From positions 167,789 through 231,788 of IMG/VR virus record IMGVR_UViG_3300028608_000006: a DNA stretch of 64,000 bases; one strand, 5' to 3'. The position numbers and the translations under genes were made by a program. Shown piece after piece: positions 47,713 to 57,306 of this stretch. Position 1 is the stretch's first letter; each line of letters opens with the position of its first letter. Under the pieces are notes generated by a model that saw only the letters and a program-made list of their open reading frames with translations, had not been told where the DNA came from and ran no database searches.

Positions 47713-48519
47713 TTAAAGCATTAACAGTAACCCAGCTTTATCCACACCTGAAGGCAGGCTGTTGATGGTGCCCCTTATACGACCAATGGTCGTAGCGGAT
47801 GTCCAGTGATTGTCCGTGGCGAGCTTCTTGACCAGTTCTCGGATGCCATGAGAGGAAGCCTTGAAGTTGGTAGACTTGTCGCCAAAGATCTGAATAGTGA
47901 GGCGGTTGAACGGGATGTAATGCAGTTCTTTACCGCCAGTCAGCTTGGTGTACCAAAGCGTGAACGGCTTGAGAATCCCGGTATGGGACTCCAGTAGCCA
48001 TAACCGCGCAATACCCGCGGCAGTGGTTAGATCGACGACATGGTGCGTCAATACAATCCCTTTGCCATTGAACGGGGGTAGCTTAGCTTTGGTTTCAACA
48101 ATCATCTTGCCATACTGCTTGATCAACTTCTCCACCACCACATTAACCAATGCAGCAGTGACCTTTTGCTTCTCAGTCGCGTTCTTCGAGTTCTTCGAAT
48201 GGTCCACGAGATCAGCTTTAGGGAAGTCGCTTTTCAATCCGCTGTAGTCAGGGCAGTACACCACCATTTGAATAGGTTTGTGTTTACGGGCTTGATCCAA
48301 CCACCCGCCAATAAGACGCAAGTCACTGGAGACATCTTCCGCCAACTGAACAGCATCGTGGGCTTCTTTGTCAGCTGTCTCGTAGGACTGCATGGCATTA
48401 CGGATCAGCGTACGCAGGTTGAACATCACCGTGTCCGCCGAGCGTATACCATTAGCGCCTTCGCCTTCGAAAGCAAGGGAAGTCCCGACGGACATCCCCA
48501 GTGTACCGGTGGATCTCAT
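47713..48519 (-). CDS. Conserved protein, possible degenerate FEN/PIN 5' nuclease fold
   Basis: DTVMFNLRTL, YCPDY, QIFGDKSTNF (H3TH-like); ATGA-coupled to the nuclease gene. Confidence 0.4.
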   Translation of the reverse strand: MRSTGTLGMSVGTSLAFEGEGANGIRSADTVMFNLRTLIRNAMQSYETADKEAHDAVQLAEDVSSDLRLIGGWLDQARKHKPIQMVVYCPDYSGLKSDFPKADLVDHSKNSKNATEKQKVTAALVNVVVEKLIKQYGKMIVETKAKLPPFNGKGIVLTHHVVDLTTAAGIARLWLLESHTGILKPFTLWYTKLTGGKELHYIPFNRLTIQIFGDKSTNFKASSHGIRELVKKLATDNHWTSATTIGRIRGTINSLPSGVDKAGLLLML

Positions 48520-49631
48520 AGGAACTCCCTGAGCACCGACATGGCCTCGTCTTCTGATATGTCATGCTTTTCCAGATCTGCTTTGATCTCTGGAAGTAAC
48601 GCAGATTCAATGTTGTCTTTGTTGATCGTCACACCCTCGTAGACCGTGCTGTCAAATAACTCTTCATCCAACAAGACACCTTCGGCCATCTCGTTTTCAG
48701 CTTTGATCCGCAGGTCAGGGTATTCCCGACTCAACACCGACACAACCGGGTTCACAATCTCAGCCAAGCCACCCATGATGCGAAGGTTACTGTGCTTAGG
48801 GAAATTGCGATCCCGTATAAAGGTGTGAATGTCCGCTACCAGTCGTTCAGGAGTAATATCCTTTTCGACATTCATCGTGACGTAAGGCAGCGCATTCTTG
48901 TTTTCCCAGAAGACCGGCTTAAAGTCTCCCGTCTTCAAATTCAAATCAATGCAGTAGCCGCCCTTCGGATGTTCCTCACCGTGTTTATCACGATCGAACG
49001 AACCCGAGGTATACAACTTGCCAATCTGAACAGGTTTGTGGATATGACCTGCGAAGATGGCGTACTTAACGATACTTTCCCAGCGCTCCAAGTTGTGTGC
49101 CTTGTGACGGGCCTTGGGATGCAGCTGGAACTCGAAAGCACCGTGAAAGGCAATCATGTCAACCTTATCAAGGTTGGCCGCTCTGAGGACCTGTAGGGCC
49201 TTCTCCCAGATATCGTCTGGAGTCATGGTTCCCATGTTGTCCGGAACATACATGACGGTTAAGCCATCCTGATCCGGGTAGGTCTCAATGCACAAGGTAT
49301 CAATGTAGCGGAAATCTAAACCTTCCGGTGCAATGAACTGGAAGTGTGCCGGCTGACCCATGTCGTGAGACTCAGTACCAGCCAGAAAGATCACTCTGAC
49401 ATTGTGCTTCTTGCAACGGAGGAAGAACTGTTTAGCCCACTCCTCAACACGAAACATGTCAGGGTTAGGGCGTTCCACCATGCGTTCAAAGAAGTCGCCA
49501 CCAAAGAAGATCGTATCCACCTTGTCCAAGTCGTGGTCCTTATAAAGGAAGGTCGACAAGTTACCCAAGATGTGTTTCGTTGGTGTGTTGCTGTGTAGCG
49601 TGTGGTGATCTGAACTCCAGAGCATCCGCAT
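48516..49631 (-). CDS. Mre11/SbcD-like metallophosphoesterase nuclease
   Basis: SSDHH, GGDFFE, GTESHD, FHG and GHIH motifs. Confidence 0.9.
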   Translation of the reverse strand: MRMLWSSDHHTLHSNTPTKHILGNLSTFLYKDHDLDKVDTIFFGGDFFERMVERPNPDMFRVEEWAKQFFLRCKKHNVRVIFLAGTESHDMGQPAHFQFIAPEGLDFRYIDTLCIETYPDQDGLTVMYVPDNMGTMTPDDIWEKALQVLRAANLDKVDMIAFHGAFEFQLHPKARHKAHNLERWESIVKYAIFAGHIHKPVQIGKLYTSGSFDRDKHGEEHPKGGYCIDLNLKTGDFKPVFWENKNALPYVTMNVEKDITPERLVADIHTFIRDRNFPKHSNLRIMGGLAEIVNPVVSVLSREYPDLRIKAENEMAEGVLLDEELFDSTVYEGVTINKDNIESALLPEIKADLEKHDISEDEAMSVLREFL

Positions 49632-49645
49632 GTGGAACTTCCCCT

Positions 49646-49798
49646 TTACACTTTACGCGATACCGCCACAGTTACCAGTGTCTTGGACTTACTGAGTCGG
49701 GTCATCAACCGATATGCGGCGATTGCTTGTTTGCCCGGGACCAGCTTATCGAAAGTGTAGTAATTCGTACCGATCAAGACTAATGGATGAACTGTCAT
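49646..49798 (-). CDS. 50-aa basic ORF absent from the ORF track
   Basis: SD TAAGGA; MTVHPLVLIGTNYYTFDKLVPGKQAIAAYRLMTRLSKSKTLVTVAVSRKV; fills the operon gap. Confidence 0.6.
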   Translation of the reverse strand: MTVHPLVLIGTNYYTFDKLVPGKQAIAAYRLMTRLSKSKTLVTVAVSRKV

Positions 49799-49807
49799 GT
49801 TGCTTCC

Positions 49808-50566
49808 TTAGCATTCCAGTGGATTGGCTGGGGCTTCACGCTCTGCGGCAGCGGTGGTGGTCGGTGCAGCTTCAACCTTGCCTTCGATGATGAACTGATT
49901 CAGGCTCAGCTCGGCGAGGAACTTGTACTCTTCAGCACTCACCAGTTCTTTACGGTGGTCGCGGTAGAGAATGTCACGCGACTTGGTGATGTCTTCGATC
50001 GGCGCTTTGCCACGACGGATGAAGTCCTTGATGTAGTAGACCTTGCGCTCTACCTCAGGGATGATGCCGTACTTGGTGTAGAACTCAGGCGACACCAAGT
50101 CGGTGATGGTCAGACGCTCGGCCTGGAGGTGCTTCTTCACCATGCTGGCCACGCCCATGCTGGCGTTTGGATCCTGGCTGCGAGTGGTGTCGGCCTGAAC
50201 CTGCTGGATGTGACGGCTCACGGCACGCATCATCTCGAAGTCGTGCGGGGTCATGTTGTGTGCGATCAGCGGCTTCACCAGCAATACCGGTTGGTCGTTG
50301 TCGTCCACTACCAGCACCGACTGAGTACCACGGTTGCTCATGGTGTGCCACTTCGGTGCGTTGAAGTAGTTGACGCCCAGATCGTTACCCAACGCAAAGC
50401 CCATCAGCCATTCTTTTACGAAGTCCGCTTCACGCAAAACCGCCGCTACGTTGAACGGCATGTCGTCGTTGCCCAGCATGAGTTTGCCGTCGACGTTGAT
50501 AACCTGAATATCCTTGAGCCAGCCGAAATCTTCCGCGATAATGGCCTGACGTTGTTCTTTGTTCAT
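49808..50566 (-). CDS. Conserved core hypothetical protein (gp62-like position)
   Basis: Likely start at 50566 via ATGA overlap. Confidence 0.55.
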   Translation of the reverse strand: MNKEQRQAIIAEDFGWLKDIQVINVDGKLMLGNDDMPFNVAAVLREADFVKEWLMGFALGNDLGVNYFNAPKWHTMSNRGTQSVLVVDDNDQPVLLVKPLIAHNMTPHDFEMMRAVSRHIQQVQADTTRSQDPNASMGVASMVKKHLQAERLTITDLVSPEFYTKYGIIPEVERKVYYIKDFIRRGKAPIEDITKSRDILYRDHRKELVSAEEYKFLAELSLNQFIIEGKVEAAPTTTAAAEREAPANPLEC

Positions 50567-50967
50567 CCCAATCTCCATGTGTCAATGAGTTTATATTGTT
50601 CGCCGGTGATCAACACCGCATTAGCCAGATCGTAAGCCACGCCGTCACTGATGACCTTAACGGCGATGATGAGTCTGTATTGATTGACCTGCCCAGTAAG
50701 ATTTTCCCTGCTGACCGACACCGAGCAATCAGAGAACAGTTCCTTGATGTAACGCTCCAGCTCATCACGGGCTTGTTCTATCAGTTTGTCAGGATCCTGC
50801 CCGTACTGCTTAATGAGGAAGTAAAAGCTTGGGACTTTGCCCATGACCTTGCCCTGGTTCCGACGACTTGTGAACCAGTACGTAATGTGCTTAGACAACG
50901 CGTCAACAACGGAGTTAAATTCCCATCCGTTTGACGTGGTCATCGTTCCAACCAAAAATGTTCCCAT
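50563..50967 (-). CDS. Putative gp25-like baseplate/sheath-initiator protein
   Basis: Start revised to ATG at 50967; ELERYIKELFSDCSVSV...YRLIIAVKV resembles the gp25 fold; inference. Confidence 0.4.
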   Translation of the reverse strand: MGTFLVGTMTTSNGWEFNSVVDALSKHITYWFTSRRNQGKVMGKVPSFYFLIKQYGQDPDKLIEQARDELERYIKELFSDCSVSVSRENLTGQVNQYRLIIAVKVISDGVAYDLANAVLITGEQYKLIDTWRLG

Positions 50968-51031
50968 AAATGTGGCCTTCCGTTGAAATATAGAGACTGT
51001 TGCCTTCGTAATATCAAACAAAAAAATAAAC

Positions 51032-51060
51032 TAAACAGGAAGGGGTTACCCTCCTGTTTA
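51032..51060 (-). terminator. Intrinsic terminator
   Basis: taaacagga / tcctgttta stem with a TTTATTTTTTT tract on the minus strand. Confidence 0.7.
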
Positions 51061-51072
51061 GCTCATCGTCTA

Positions 51073-51711
51073 TTACTCGGCTTCAGGCTCTACATACGAC
51101 TTCAGCTTGGCACCTTCCTCACTGGTCAAGTCAAACATCTTCTTGGCCCTGTGATGGTCGATAGCCACCCACGTCTTATGAGAGTCTACCCGCTCACGGA
51201 ACGACAACTGTCCGCCAACGGTATCGAAGTAATGAGTGTGGCGAAGCTGGGCTTTGTCATCGACAGTTTCCAGATTCAGCACGCCGTTCATTACCCGACG
51301 GTAGAACAAGTTGTCTGCACCTACACCGGTGTTCCAGTTACTGAAGTCACCACCGTAGCCGGAGATTTCTTCATCGAGGTACATTTGCATCATCGCAGGG
51401 TGAGCCATGATGATGTCACGCATGTGGCCTTGAGCGCCTTGGAGCGCTTCGATGCTCCCCAAGTAACCGATCTCATAGCGACCTACGTAATCACCATCCG
51501 ACGTACCCAGCAGACGTTTACCCATTTCCCAAGCACGCGAGTTCACGAACTTGTCGAATGTTTCCAACGTCTTATTCGCTTGCTGAGCCAGCCAACCTCC
51601 TGCCCCCTGCAAGAGTGAAGCGCTCTGGTTTACATAGTCGCCGTACTTGGCGATTTGGTTCTCGGTAAAGCTACCCGAGATTGCGTAACTAAAAGCGTTT
51701 GCGCTGTTCAT
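51073..51711 (-). CDS. Conserved core protein (phiKZ gp59/Imp3-like position)
   Basis: 212 aa, 1 nt downstream of the RNAP beta' gene; identity from synteny only. Confidence 0.45.
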   Translation of the reverse strand: MNSANAFSYAISGSFTENQIAKYGDYVNQSASLLQGAGGWLAQQANKTLETFDKFVNSRAWEMGKRLLGTSDGDYVGRYEIGYLGSIEALQGAQGHMRDIIMAHPAMMQMYLDEEISGYGGDFSNWNTGVGADNLFYRRVMNGVLNLETVDDKAQLRHTHYFDTVGGQLSFRERVDSHKTWVAIDHHRAKKMFDLTSEEGAKLKSYVEPEAE

Positions 51712-51712
51712 A

Positions 51713-53350
51713 TCACTCCTGGATAAGATCAGTCTGTGCCATGAGCGTGTTGAGGTTCATCAAGTTTGTTGCAGCTTGACCAGCGTAGCCACCCACCCGG
51801 AACGGAATGTTCTTGTCGAGTACTTGGTGGTGACCGAAACCGCCGTACGCTTTGGCCTTGGACTCGTTATCGAAAATAGCGACGATATACATCTGGTCGC
51901 CGTCGAAGTCAGCGTTGAAAGTTTTGACCCCCAGGATTGGGAGTTTGATGCTTTCGTCTGACAGATCACGGTTGGCCTTGAGGAAGAACGAACGCAGACT
52001 GAGGAATTCGATCGAAGGATTTCGACCGGTCTCAATCAAGCACTTGCGATTAACTTCCATGTCCGTGAAGAAGTCATCGATCTCCGGAACAATCTCAAAC
52101 GCCGCTTTGTTAATGAGCGCCTGCGATTTCCAAGGAGTCATGCCCAGCCGGTATAGATAGCTGGTGATGTGATATTCCAAAATGGCAATACACATCTTCC
52201 ACGGTACAATCAACACATCGGTATCAATGATGCCGGTCTGCGAGGTGATCACAGAACGACCCGTGAACGGAATGGAACCCGCACACACATGCTTCCGGGA
52301 AATCGCTGGTTTGTTAAACAACGCTTTCGGGTTGTTCACCTGACGGTACTGGTCTGCCAGCAACACCAAGTTCTTGCCGACAATGTCGACGTTCCGGCGA
52401 TGGTCCTTGCTATCCAACTGATAACAGGTGTTGGACTTCAGGGTGTCAGCAATCGCGTTATACAGCTGCGCGGTTTCAGGATGGTGAGAGTAGCTGTACA
52501 CATCCTTGCCGGTTCGCTCAAACACTGTGGAGTAGCGCTTGGGAACCTTGATGTACTGACAGAATGCGAGGTGCTTGTACTTGTGGTAGAACGCCAGGAA
52601 CTTGTGACCTTCCTGCGGGTGTTTGCTGTAACGCTTACCCGGTCCCACCAGAATGTATTCCATGATCTGATCAGCGTTCTCAAAGAACGTGTTCAGGTTC
52701 GGATCCCGGATACCCAATGCTTCGAGCATCTGGAACAGAATGATCATGGTGCCGTTCTTTTTCTTCTTCTCAGCCTTTTGATAGGTTGGGTCGATGAAGT
52801 AACGCGGAACGGATACTTTGGGGCTCGGGTTCCCGATTGAAATGTTGCTAAAGAATGTAGTGAAGAACCCGATGTTGACAAAGCTCTTGACACCTTCTGG
52901 ACATTTGAGCCAGAGGTTAGTGTCATCACCCTTGTCGAGGAACTGCTGGGCTTCGTCACCACACTTGGTGCAAACGCGCCCACTACCCAGTAGGTAGTTA
53001 CCCACCAACCCGCCGGTGCCTGGAGCACAGCTACAACGCGCGACAGTGTCGAACGAGTTGCTGTCAAACTCCAACCGAGTCATACGAGCGAGTGCTTCGC
53101 GGTCGTCTTCTAGGTTGAAGTCGAAATCGTTGAGGTATACCTGATTCAACCGACTGGTATCGTGCAGGTAGTTAAAGTCCTCGAATTCCGGGTACAGCGG
53201 TAAAGAGAATTTCGGATCGTCATACAGCGGACCAGGAAACTTCTTCGCGTACCCATGGAAGTGCATAATGGGGTCGAGTTGGTCTGGTCGCTTTACAGTT
53301 AACGCCGCAATTGCTCGTTCGTTGGAAGGAGTTAATTCTGGCAACTTCAT
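51713..53350 (-). CDS. Non-virion RNA polymerase beta' N-terminal/catalytic subunit (phiKZ gp55-like)
   Basis: Catalytic FNADFDGDQM; zinc finger CSC...CTKCG; GRSVIT; GRNPS. Confidence 0.95.
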   Translation of the reverse strand: MKLPELTPSNERAIAALTVKRPDQLDPIMHFHGYAKKFPGPLYDDPKFSLPLYPEFEDFNYLHDTSRLNQVYLNDFDFNLEDDREALARMTRLEFDSNSFDTVARCSCAPGTGGLVGNYLLGSGRVCTKCGDEAQQFLDKGDDTNLWLKCPEGVKSFVNIGFFTTFFSNISIGNPSPKVSVPRYFIDPTYQKAEKKKKNGTMIILFQMLEALGIRDPNLNTFFENADQIMEYILVGPGKRYSKHPQEGHKFLAFYHKYKHLAFCQYIKVPKRYSTVFERTGKDVYSYSHHPETAQLYNAIADTLKSNTCYQLDSKDHRRNVDIVGKNLVLLADQYRQVNNPKALFNKPAISRKHVCAGSIPFTGRSVITSQTGIIDTDVLIVPWKMCIAILEYHITSYLYRLGMTPWKSQALINKAAFEIVPEIDDFFTDMEVNRKCLIETGRNPSIEFLSLRSFFLKANRDLSDESIKLPILGVKTFNADFDGDQMYIVAIFDNESKAKAYGGFGHHQVLDKNIPFRVGGYAGQAATNLMNLNTLMAQTDLIQE

Positions 53351-53387
53351 TTACAATAACTCCAAAAATATAAGAAGGCGTAGATAA

Positions 53388-53417
53388 GGGTTAGGAAGAC
53401 CGAAGCCTCCCTAACCC
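53388..53417 (-). terminator. Terminator-like hairpin after chmA
   Basis: gggttaggaag / ctccctaaccc stem (G-U pair on the minus strand). Confidence 0.6.
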
Positions 53418-53446
53418 CATCCATGTTTACTTAACCTTGGTTAGAA

Positions 53447-55462
53447 TCAACCGAAGGCTTGACCCATGCCGTAGCCTGCACCGATGCCGGCACCGCTTGG
53501 GTTGTTGCTGCCAACCGAGGTGTAGGTAGCCAGACCAGCGCCCGGTGCGAACACCAGAGTGTTGGAACGGAACGAACCCAGGTTGTTGGCGACGTTCAGA
53601 GTACCGATGCCGTCCATTGCTTCGCCGATAACGGCCATCAGCTGCGGATCCCAGATGTGAGTCTGAGCGAACGAGTTGATGTGGACTGCGCCGTCGAAGA
53701 TCGACTGGTTCAGTTCCAGACGCAGTTTCTGGCAACGAGCTTTGAAGTCCTCGTTGGTCATGCCGTACTGGGTAGCCAGGTACTGCTGGATCGACGCGGT
53801 GCCGCCTTTGCCCTTGAGGTGACCGAGCATCATCTCGTCCAGCTCTTGGGTGTTCAGCTTCTTGCCGCCGATTTCCGCCAGGCCGTTGACAGTGATGACC
53901 GGAGTACGGTGCAGCACAGGCATGCTTGGGTTCCAGCCGGTGGTGGCCTTGATGTTGCGATCAACCAGAGTCGAGAACGCACCATTCGACAGCGCATCCA
54001 GGATGGCGATCATGGTTTGTACTTCTTCCTTGCGGTTCTTGCTCGCCAGGCGAACCAGGAAGTTCTGGATCGAGGCGTGCGGGCCGCATGGGTTGATGTT
54101 GACCTGGAACGTAGCGTGCGGGCTGACGTTCTGACGGATCCAGGAGTTAACCAGGTCGGTGTCAGAAACAGTCTTCTCGGTCAGCACGATGCGGTTAGGC
54201 ACGGTACCAACTTGAGCCAGCATTTCGTCGATACGGACTTCCAGGGAAGCCAGGTTACCGCGAGCGCCAACGCTGTGCTTACGCAGAGCTTCAGCGAACA
54301 CGAAGTTGTTGTTGGTTGCCATCAACAGGTACAGGCCGAAGAAGAACGGCGCCAGACCTTGGTTGTAGCTCATCATCTCGCCAGCTTGCGCTTCTTCGAT
54401 GGTGATCACCGGTGCCAGAGGACGGTAGCCCTGTGGGTAGATGCCGCCGCCCAGGTTCATCATGCGTTGCAGGGCTTCTTGCTGCTGACGACCGGAAGCG
54501 GCTGCCAGTTGAGCGGTGTAGGCCTGGAACGATTGTGCGTTCAGAGCGACCGTTGCGGTAACGCGAGCGATCTCCTTGCTGTTCGCAGCGTAGGCGTTCG
54601 GGTTGTTGATGTTGTTCATGGTGGAAGCGATCACTTCCATGTTGGCCGCCGACAGAGTCTTGCCGGCGGTTACACGACCGCTGATAGCCGAGACGCGGGC
54701 TTCAGCATGACCGTCCTTGCCGTAAGGCGAGGTCTTGTTGGCGAAAGGCGAAGGCAGTTTCTGACCAGCGATGGCCATTTCCTGCGGAACCTTGACCAGC
54801 AGTGCTTCTTCCCATGCACCGGTGAGGTACTGAGACAGAGCGTGCGGACGATCTTTCGGATCACCAGCTTCTGGGTGGTCCAGCATTTCCAGGTCGACAA
54901 CCACCATGTTGATGATGGTAACGGCCTTGACGCCTTTGGATTCGCCGACGCGGGTGTAGTGAGCACGCAGGTTGTCGACGACGTTCTTGTCGGCGTAGCT
55001 GGCCGGGGTCAGTGGCGCCGATACCGATTGCGAAACGCCGGTGCCGAAGCCCATCGGGGTGTTCATGCGGATGTATTCGGAGCTGATGGTCAGGTGCTTG
55101 TTGGAGAACAGAGCGCCCATGACGTACAGCACGCCGCCGATTTCGCGGTAGAAGCAGATGCCAGGCAGAACAGGCGAGATCGACGGAGTCATGGATTCGA
55201 CGTCCGGGATGATGCTCAGTTGCAGCTCGGTCGTGGTGGACGACTTGATGCGCTTGTAGGTTTCGATGATCGCTTCGGTGGTGTCCGCTACTTCTTTCAG
55301 GTTGCGGTTGTCCGAGGTCATCGAGACCAGACCGAACAGACCAGCGAGGCCGCCTTTAGCCAGACCGGAAGTGGTGGTCAGGATTGCTGCGTCATCGGCA
55401 GCATCTTTACCTGCTGCGTTGTTGCCGTCTTCCCAGGAAGATTTGCCAGTGTTAACGCTCAT
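53447..55462 (-). CDS. chmA: Chimallin, major phage-nucleus shell protein
   Basis: 671 aa from ATG at 55462 (SD GGAG); directly upstream of the nvRNAP beta' gene; strong codon bias; Gly/aromatic C-terminal tail. Confidence 0.85.
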   Translation of the reverse strand: MSVNTGKSSWEDGNNAAGKDAADDAAILTTTSGLAKGGLAGLFGLVSMTSDNRNLKEVADTTEAIIETYKRIKSSTTTELQLSIIPDVESMTPSISPVLPGICFYREIGGVLYVMGALFSNKHLTISSEYIRMNTPMGFGTGVSQSVSAPLTPASYADKNVVDNLRAHYTRVGESKGVKAVTIINMVVVDLEMLDHPEAGDPKDRPHALSQYLTGAWEEALLVKVPQEMAIAGQKLPSPFANKTSPYGKDGHAEARVSAISGRVTAGKTLSAANMEVIASTMNNINNPNAYAANSKEIARVTATVALNAQSFQAYTAQLAAASGRQQQEALQRMMNLGGGIYPQGYRPLAPVITIEEAQAGEMMSYNQGLAPFFFGLYLLMATNNNFVFAEALRKHSVGARGNLASLEVRIDEMLAQVGTVPNRIVLTEKTVSDTDLVNSWIRQNVSPHATFQVNINPCGPHASIQNFLVRLASKNRKEEVQTMIAILDALSNGAFSTLVDRNIKATTGWNPSMPVLHRTPVITVNGLAEIGGKKLNTQELDEMMLGHLKGKGGTASIQQYLATQYGMTNEDFKARCQKLRLELNQSIFDGAVHINSFAQTHIWDPQLMAVIGEAMDGIGTLNVANNLGSFRSNTLVFAPGAGLATYTSVGSNNPSGAGIGAGYGMGQAFG

Positions 55463-55547
55463 GTTGTAACTCCATTGCTCTGAAGAATTAGTGGGGTATA
55501 TCGTAATCGCTGTTTTTAACAGTATTGCTAATAGATCTTCTAGCGAT

Positions 55548-55575
55548 TTACCTACTAATGATATGGGTCTCAAAT
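55548..55575 (-). promoter_or_regulatory. Early promoter-like motif upstream of chmA
   Basis: tttacctactaatgatatgggtctcaaa; minus-strand core CCCATATCATTAG. Confidence 0.7.
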
Positions 55576-55680
55576 ATTCTAGCCCCACACCAAATCGGTC
55601 AAAATGCGCTATCGACCCTCCCGGATTTCTCCAGGAGTCTTAACGGTGTATACAATAGGAACATAATTAGGATTTAATTT

Positions 55681-56778
55681 ATGCTCACTTTGTCTTTTCC
55701 AAGTCCTACTTCCTTTGTTTACCCGAAAGTCAACTACGGAAGCTTAGGCAATCTACGCCGTCAAACCGAATTTAACCGCAAGGCTTTCCGGGATTACGTG
55801 GCAGTAAACATCTTCAATCTCGAGAACGAACACCTGCTGGTAGGATTGCTACAACAGTTAAGTATTGATCCAGAGTGGACCCTCGAGTACGTTGTGGAGT
55901 ACACTCGGTTCCGTGCCTATTCATTGTGCACGCTGTACAACATTACTTCACTCAGTCATGTGGGCAACGCTATCGATACCGGCTTCTATCGTGAGGCCAC
56001 GCACGAGCACTGGTGTTTGATCGAGGATGACCGCGTCTATAAAGAAGCGACCTTCGATCTGGAGTCTTCTACCCCGATTGTTCCGCTGTACACCACACGG
56101 ACCGACCATGGGTATCGCCACAACGCCATCAAGCTCTGGCGTAACCCAAACCCACCAAAGGACCTTGCCATCATCGGCTTGAACCTTGTAGAGCTTGCTG
56201 TGGGCTGGTGGAAGTACATGCGGGATCCTCAGTTCGATGGCACAGGGATCTCAGCATACGTCTGCCGCTTTGCGTTGGTCAATGCTCAGTTGGTGCACAA
56301 CCAGATGGCGGTCTTCAACTGCCTGTACGAGCACATGGTGAATGGCATTCCTCTGGACGACCTGCTCAAGACTGACATGGTGAGTTTCATCACCCTCAGC
56401 GAGACCAAGTTGCTCAAGGAGTACATTGAGTTCCTCGTGATTCAGTTTACCCACAACCGACTCATGGACCTCAATCACCTGATGGTGCAGCTGCAAAGCA
56501 TTTATAAGCACCCGTACTTCAACTACGTGGATGCGGGTAAGTCAGCGTTGTTCTCACAGACCTGCTGGATCTGGGAGCCGCCTATCCTGAAGCTCTACGC
56601 TCTGTACCTGACGATTGCCAATTCGAAAGGCTATAAGGCAGCGGACATCAACACCCACATCAACCGGTCGCATTCTGGTCGTGTCAACAACTACCAACGC
56701 ATTCCGGAGATGTACTTCCGTAAACACTTCATCGATTTGGCCAATAAAGTCAATGCCTTGAACAAAATAAATGTGTGA
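55681..56778 (+). CDS. Conserved protein divergent from chmA (phiKZ gp52-like position)
   Basis: 365 aa on the opposite strand between the DNA polymerase and chmA. Confidence 0.6.
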   Translation: MLTLSFPSPTSFVYPKVNYGSLGNLRRQTEFNRKAFRDYVAVNIFNLENEHLLVGLLQQLSIDPEWTLEYVVEYTRFRAYSLCTLYNITSLSHVGNAIDTGFYREATHEHWCLIEDDRVYKEATFDLESSTPIVPLYTTRTDHGYRHNAIKLWRNPNPPKDLAIIGLNLVELAVGWWKYMRDPQFDGTGISAYVCRFALVNAQLVHNQMAVFNCLYEHMVNGIPLDDLLKTDMVSFITLSETKLLKEYIEFLVIQFTHNRLMDLNHLMVQLQSIYKHPYFNYVDAGKSALFSQTCWIWEPPILKLYALYLTIANSKGYKAADINTHINRSHSGRVNNYQRIPEMYFRKHFIDLANKVNALNKINV

Positions 56779-56787
56779 AACATATCC

Positions 56788-56823
56788 CCTCTGAGCAGCT
56801 CCTTTCGGGGCTGCTTGGAGAGG
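56788..56823 (+). terminator. Intrinsic terminator
   Basis: GC-rich hairpin (tttc loop) followed by TTATTTATTT. Confidence 0.75.
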
Positions 56824-56967
56824 AGTTATTTATTTACTAAACATTCTGTGGGAAAGACCTTTTCCGGGAGTACCGGGAAACGAATTCCAGATGTTAGATG
56901 AGATGTCATAAAAACCCACTTGGAGAGGCAAGCTTTAGGCTTCCTCTCCGGGTCGGGTTATGGCCGC

Positions 56968-57294
56968 TTAAAGCTTATCGTTGCCCGCCGTAAGGAACCA
57001 GAACCCACTCTCCACATCGATCTCAACTTCCACCAACTGCTTACCCAGATCGGCTGCATCTTCGATCAAGGTAATGATGTTGTTGTCATTGCAGTAGTGG
57101 ACATTCAGCGTACGACCTTGCATGTCCTTTACTGTCATAGGGACAGTGTTGTCGAACCGCACAGTCGCACCTTCGATGGCCGGGGTAACCTGTAACAACC
57201 AGGACTCCTCTGGGCCCGGGATTGGATTCGTCTCAGACTGGTTGCCCTTGACGTAATAACCGCGGTCGCACTTTGCAACAGTAATACTTCCCAT
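56968..57294 (-). CDS. Small all-beta hypothetical protein, paralog of 57307-57654
   Basis: Shared motifs GYYV, WxLQVxP, DxxGRxL and WF. Confidence 0.65.
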   Translation of the reverse strand: MGSITVAKCDRGYYVKGNQSETNPIPGPEESWLLQVTPAIEGATVRFDNTVPMTVKDMQGRTLNVHYCNDNNIITLIEDAADLGKQLVEVEIDVESGFWFLTAGNDKL

Positions 57295-57306
57295 AATACC
57301 CTCCGA

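Noticed and set aside
39843-55483. Long + strand ORFs opposite RNAP, picA and chmA (668, 426, 651 and 674 aa)
   Set aside because: Mirror-frame shadows of motif-bearing genes; the same pattern occurs across the window.
55463-55588. 42-aa N-terminal extension of chimallin in the ORF track
   Set aside because: It spans the promoter motif; the SD supports ATG at 55462.
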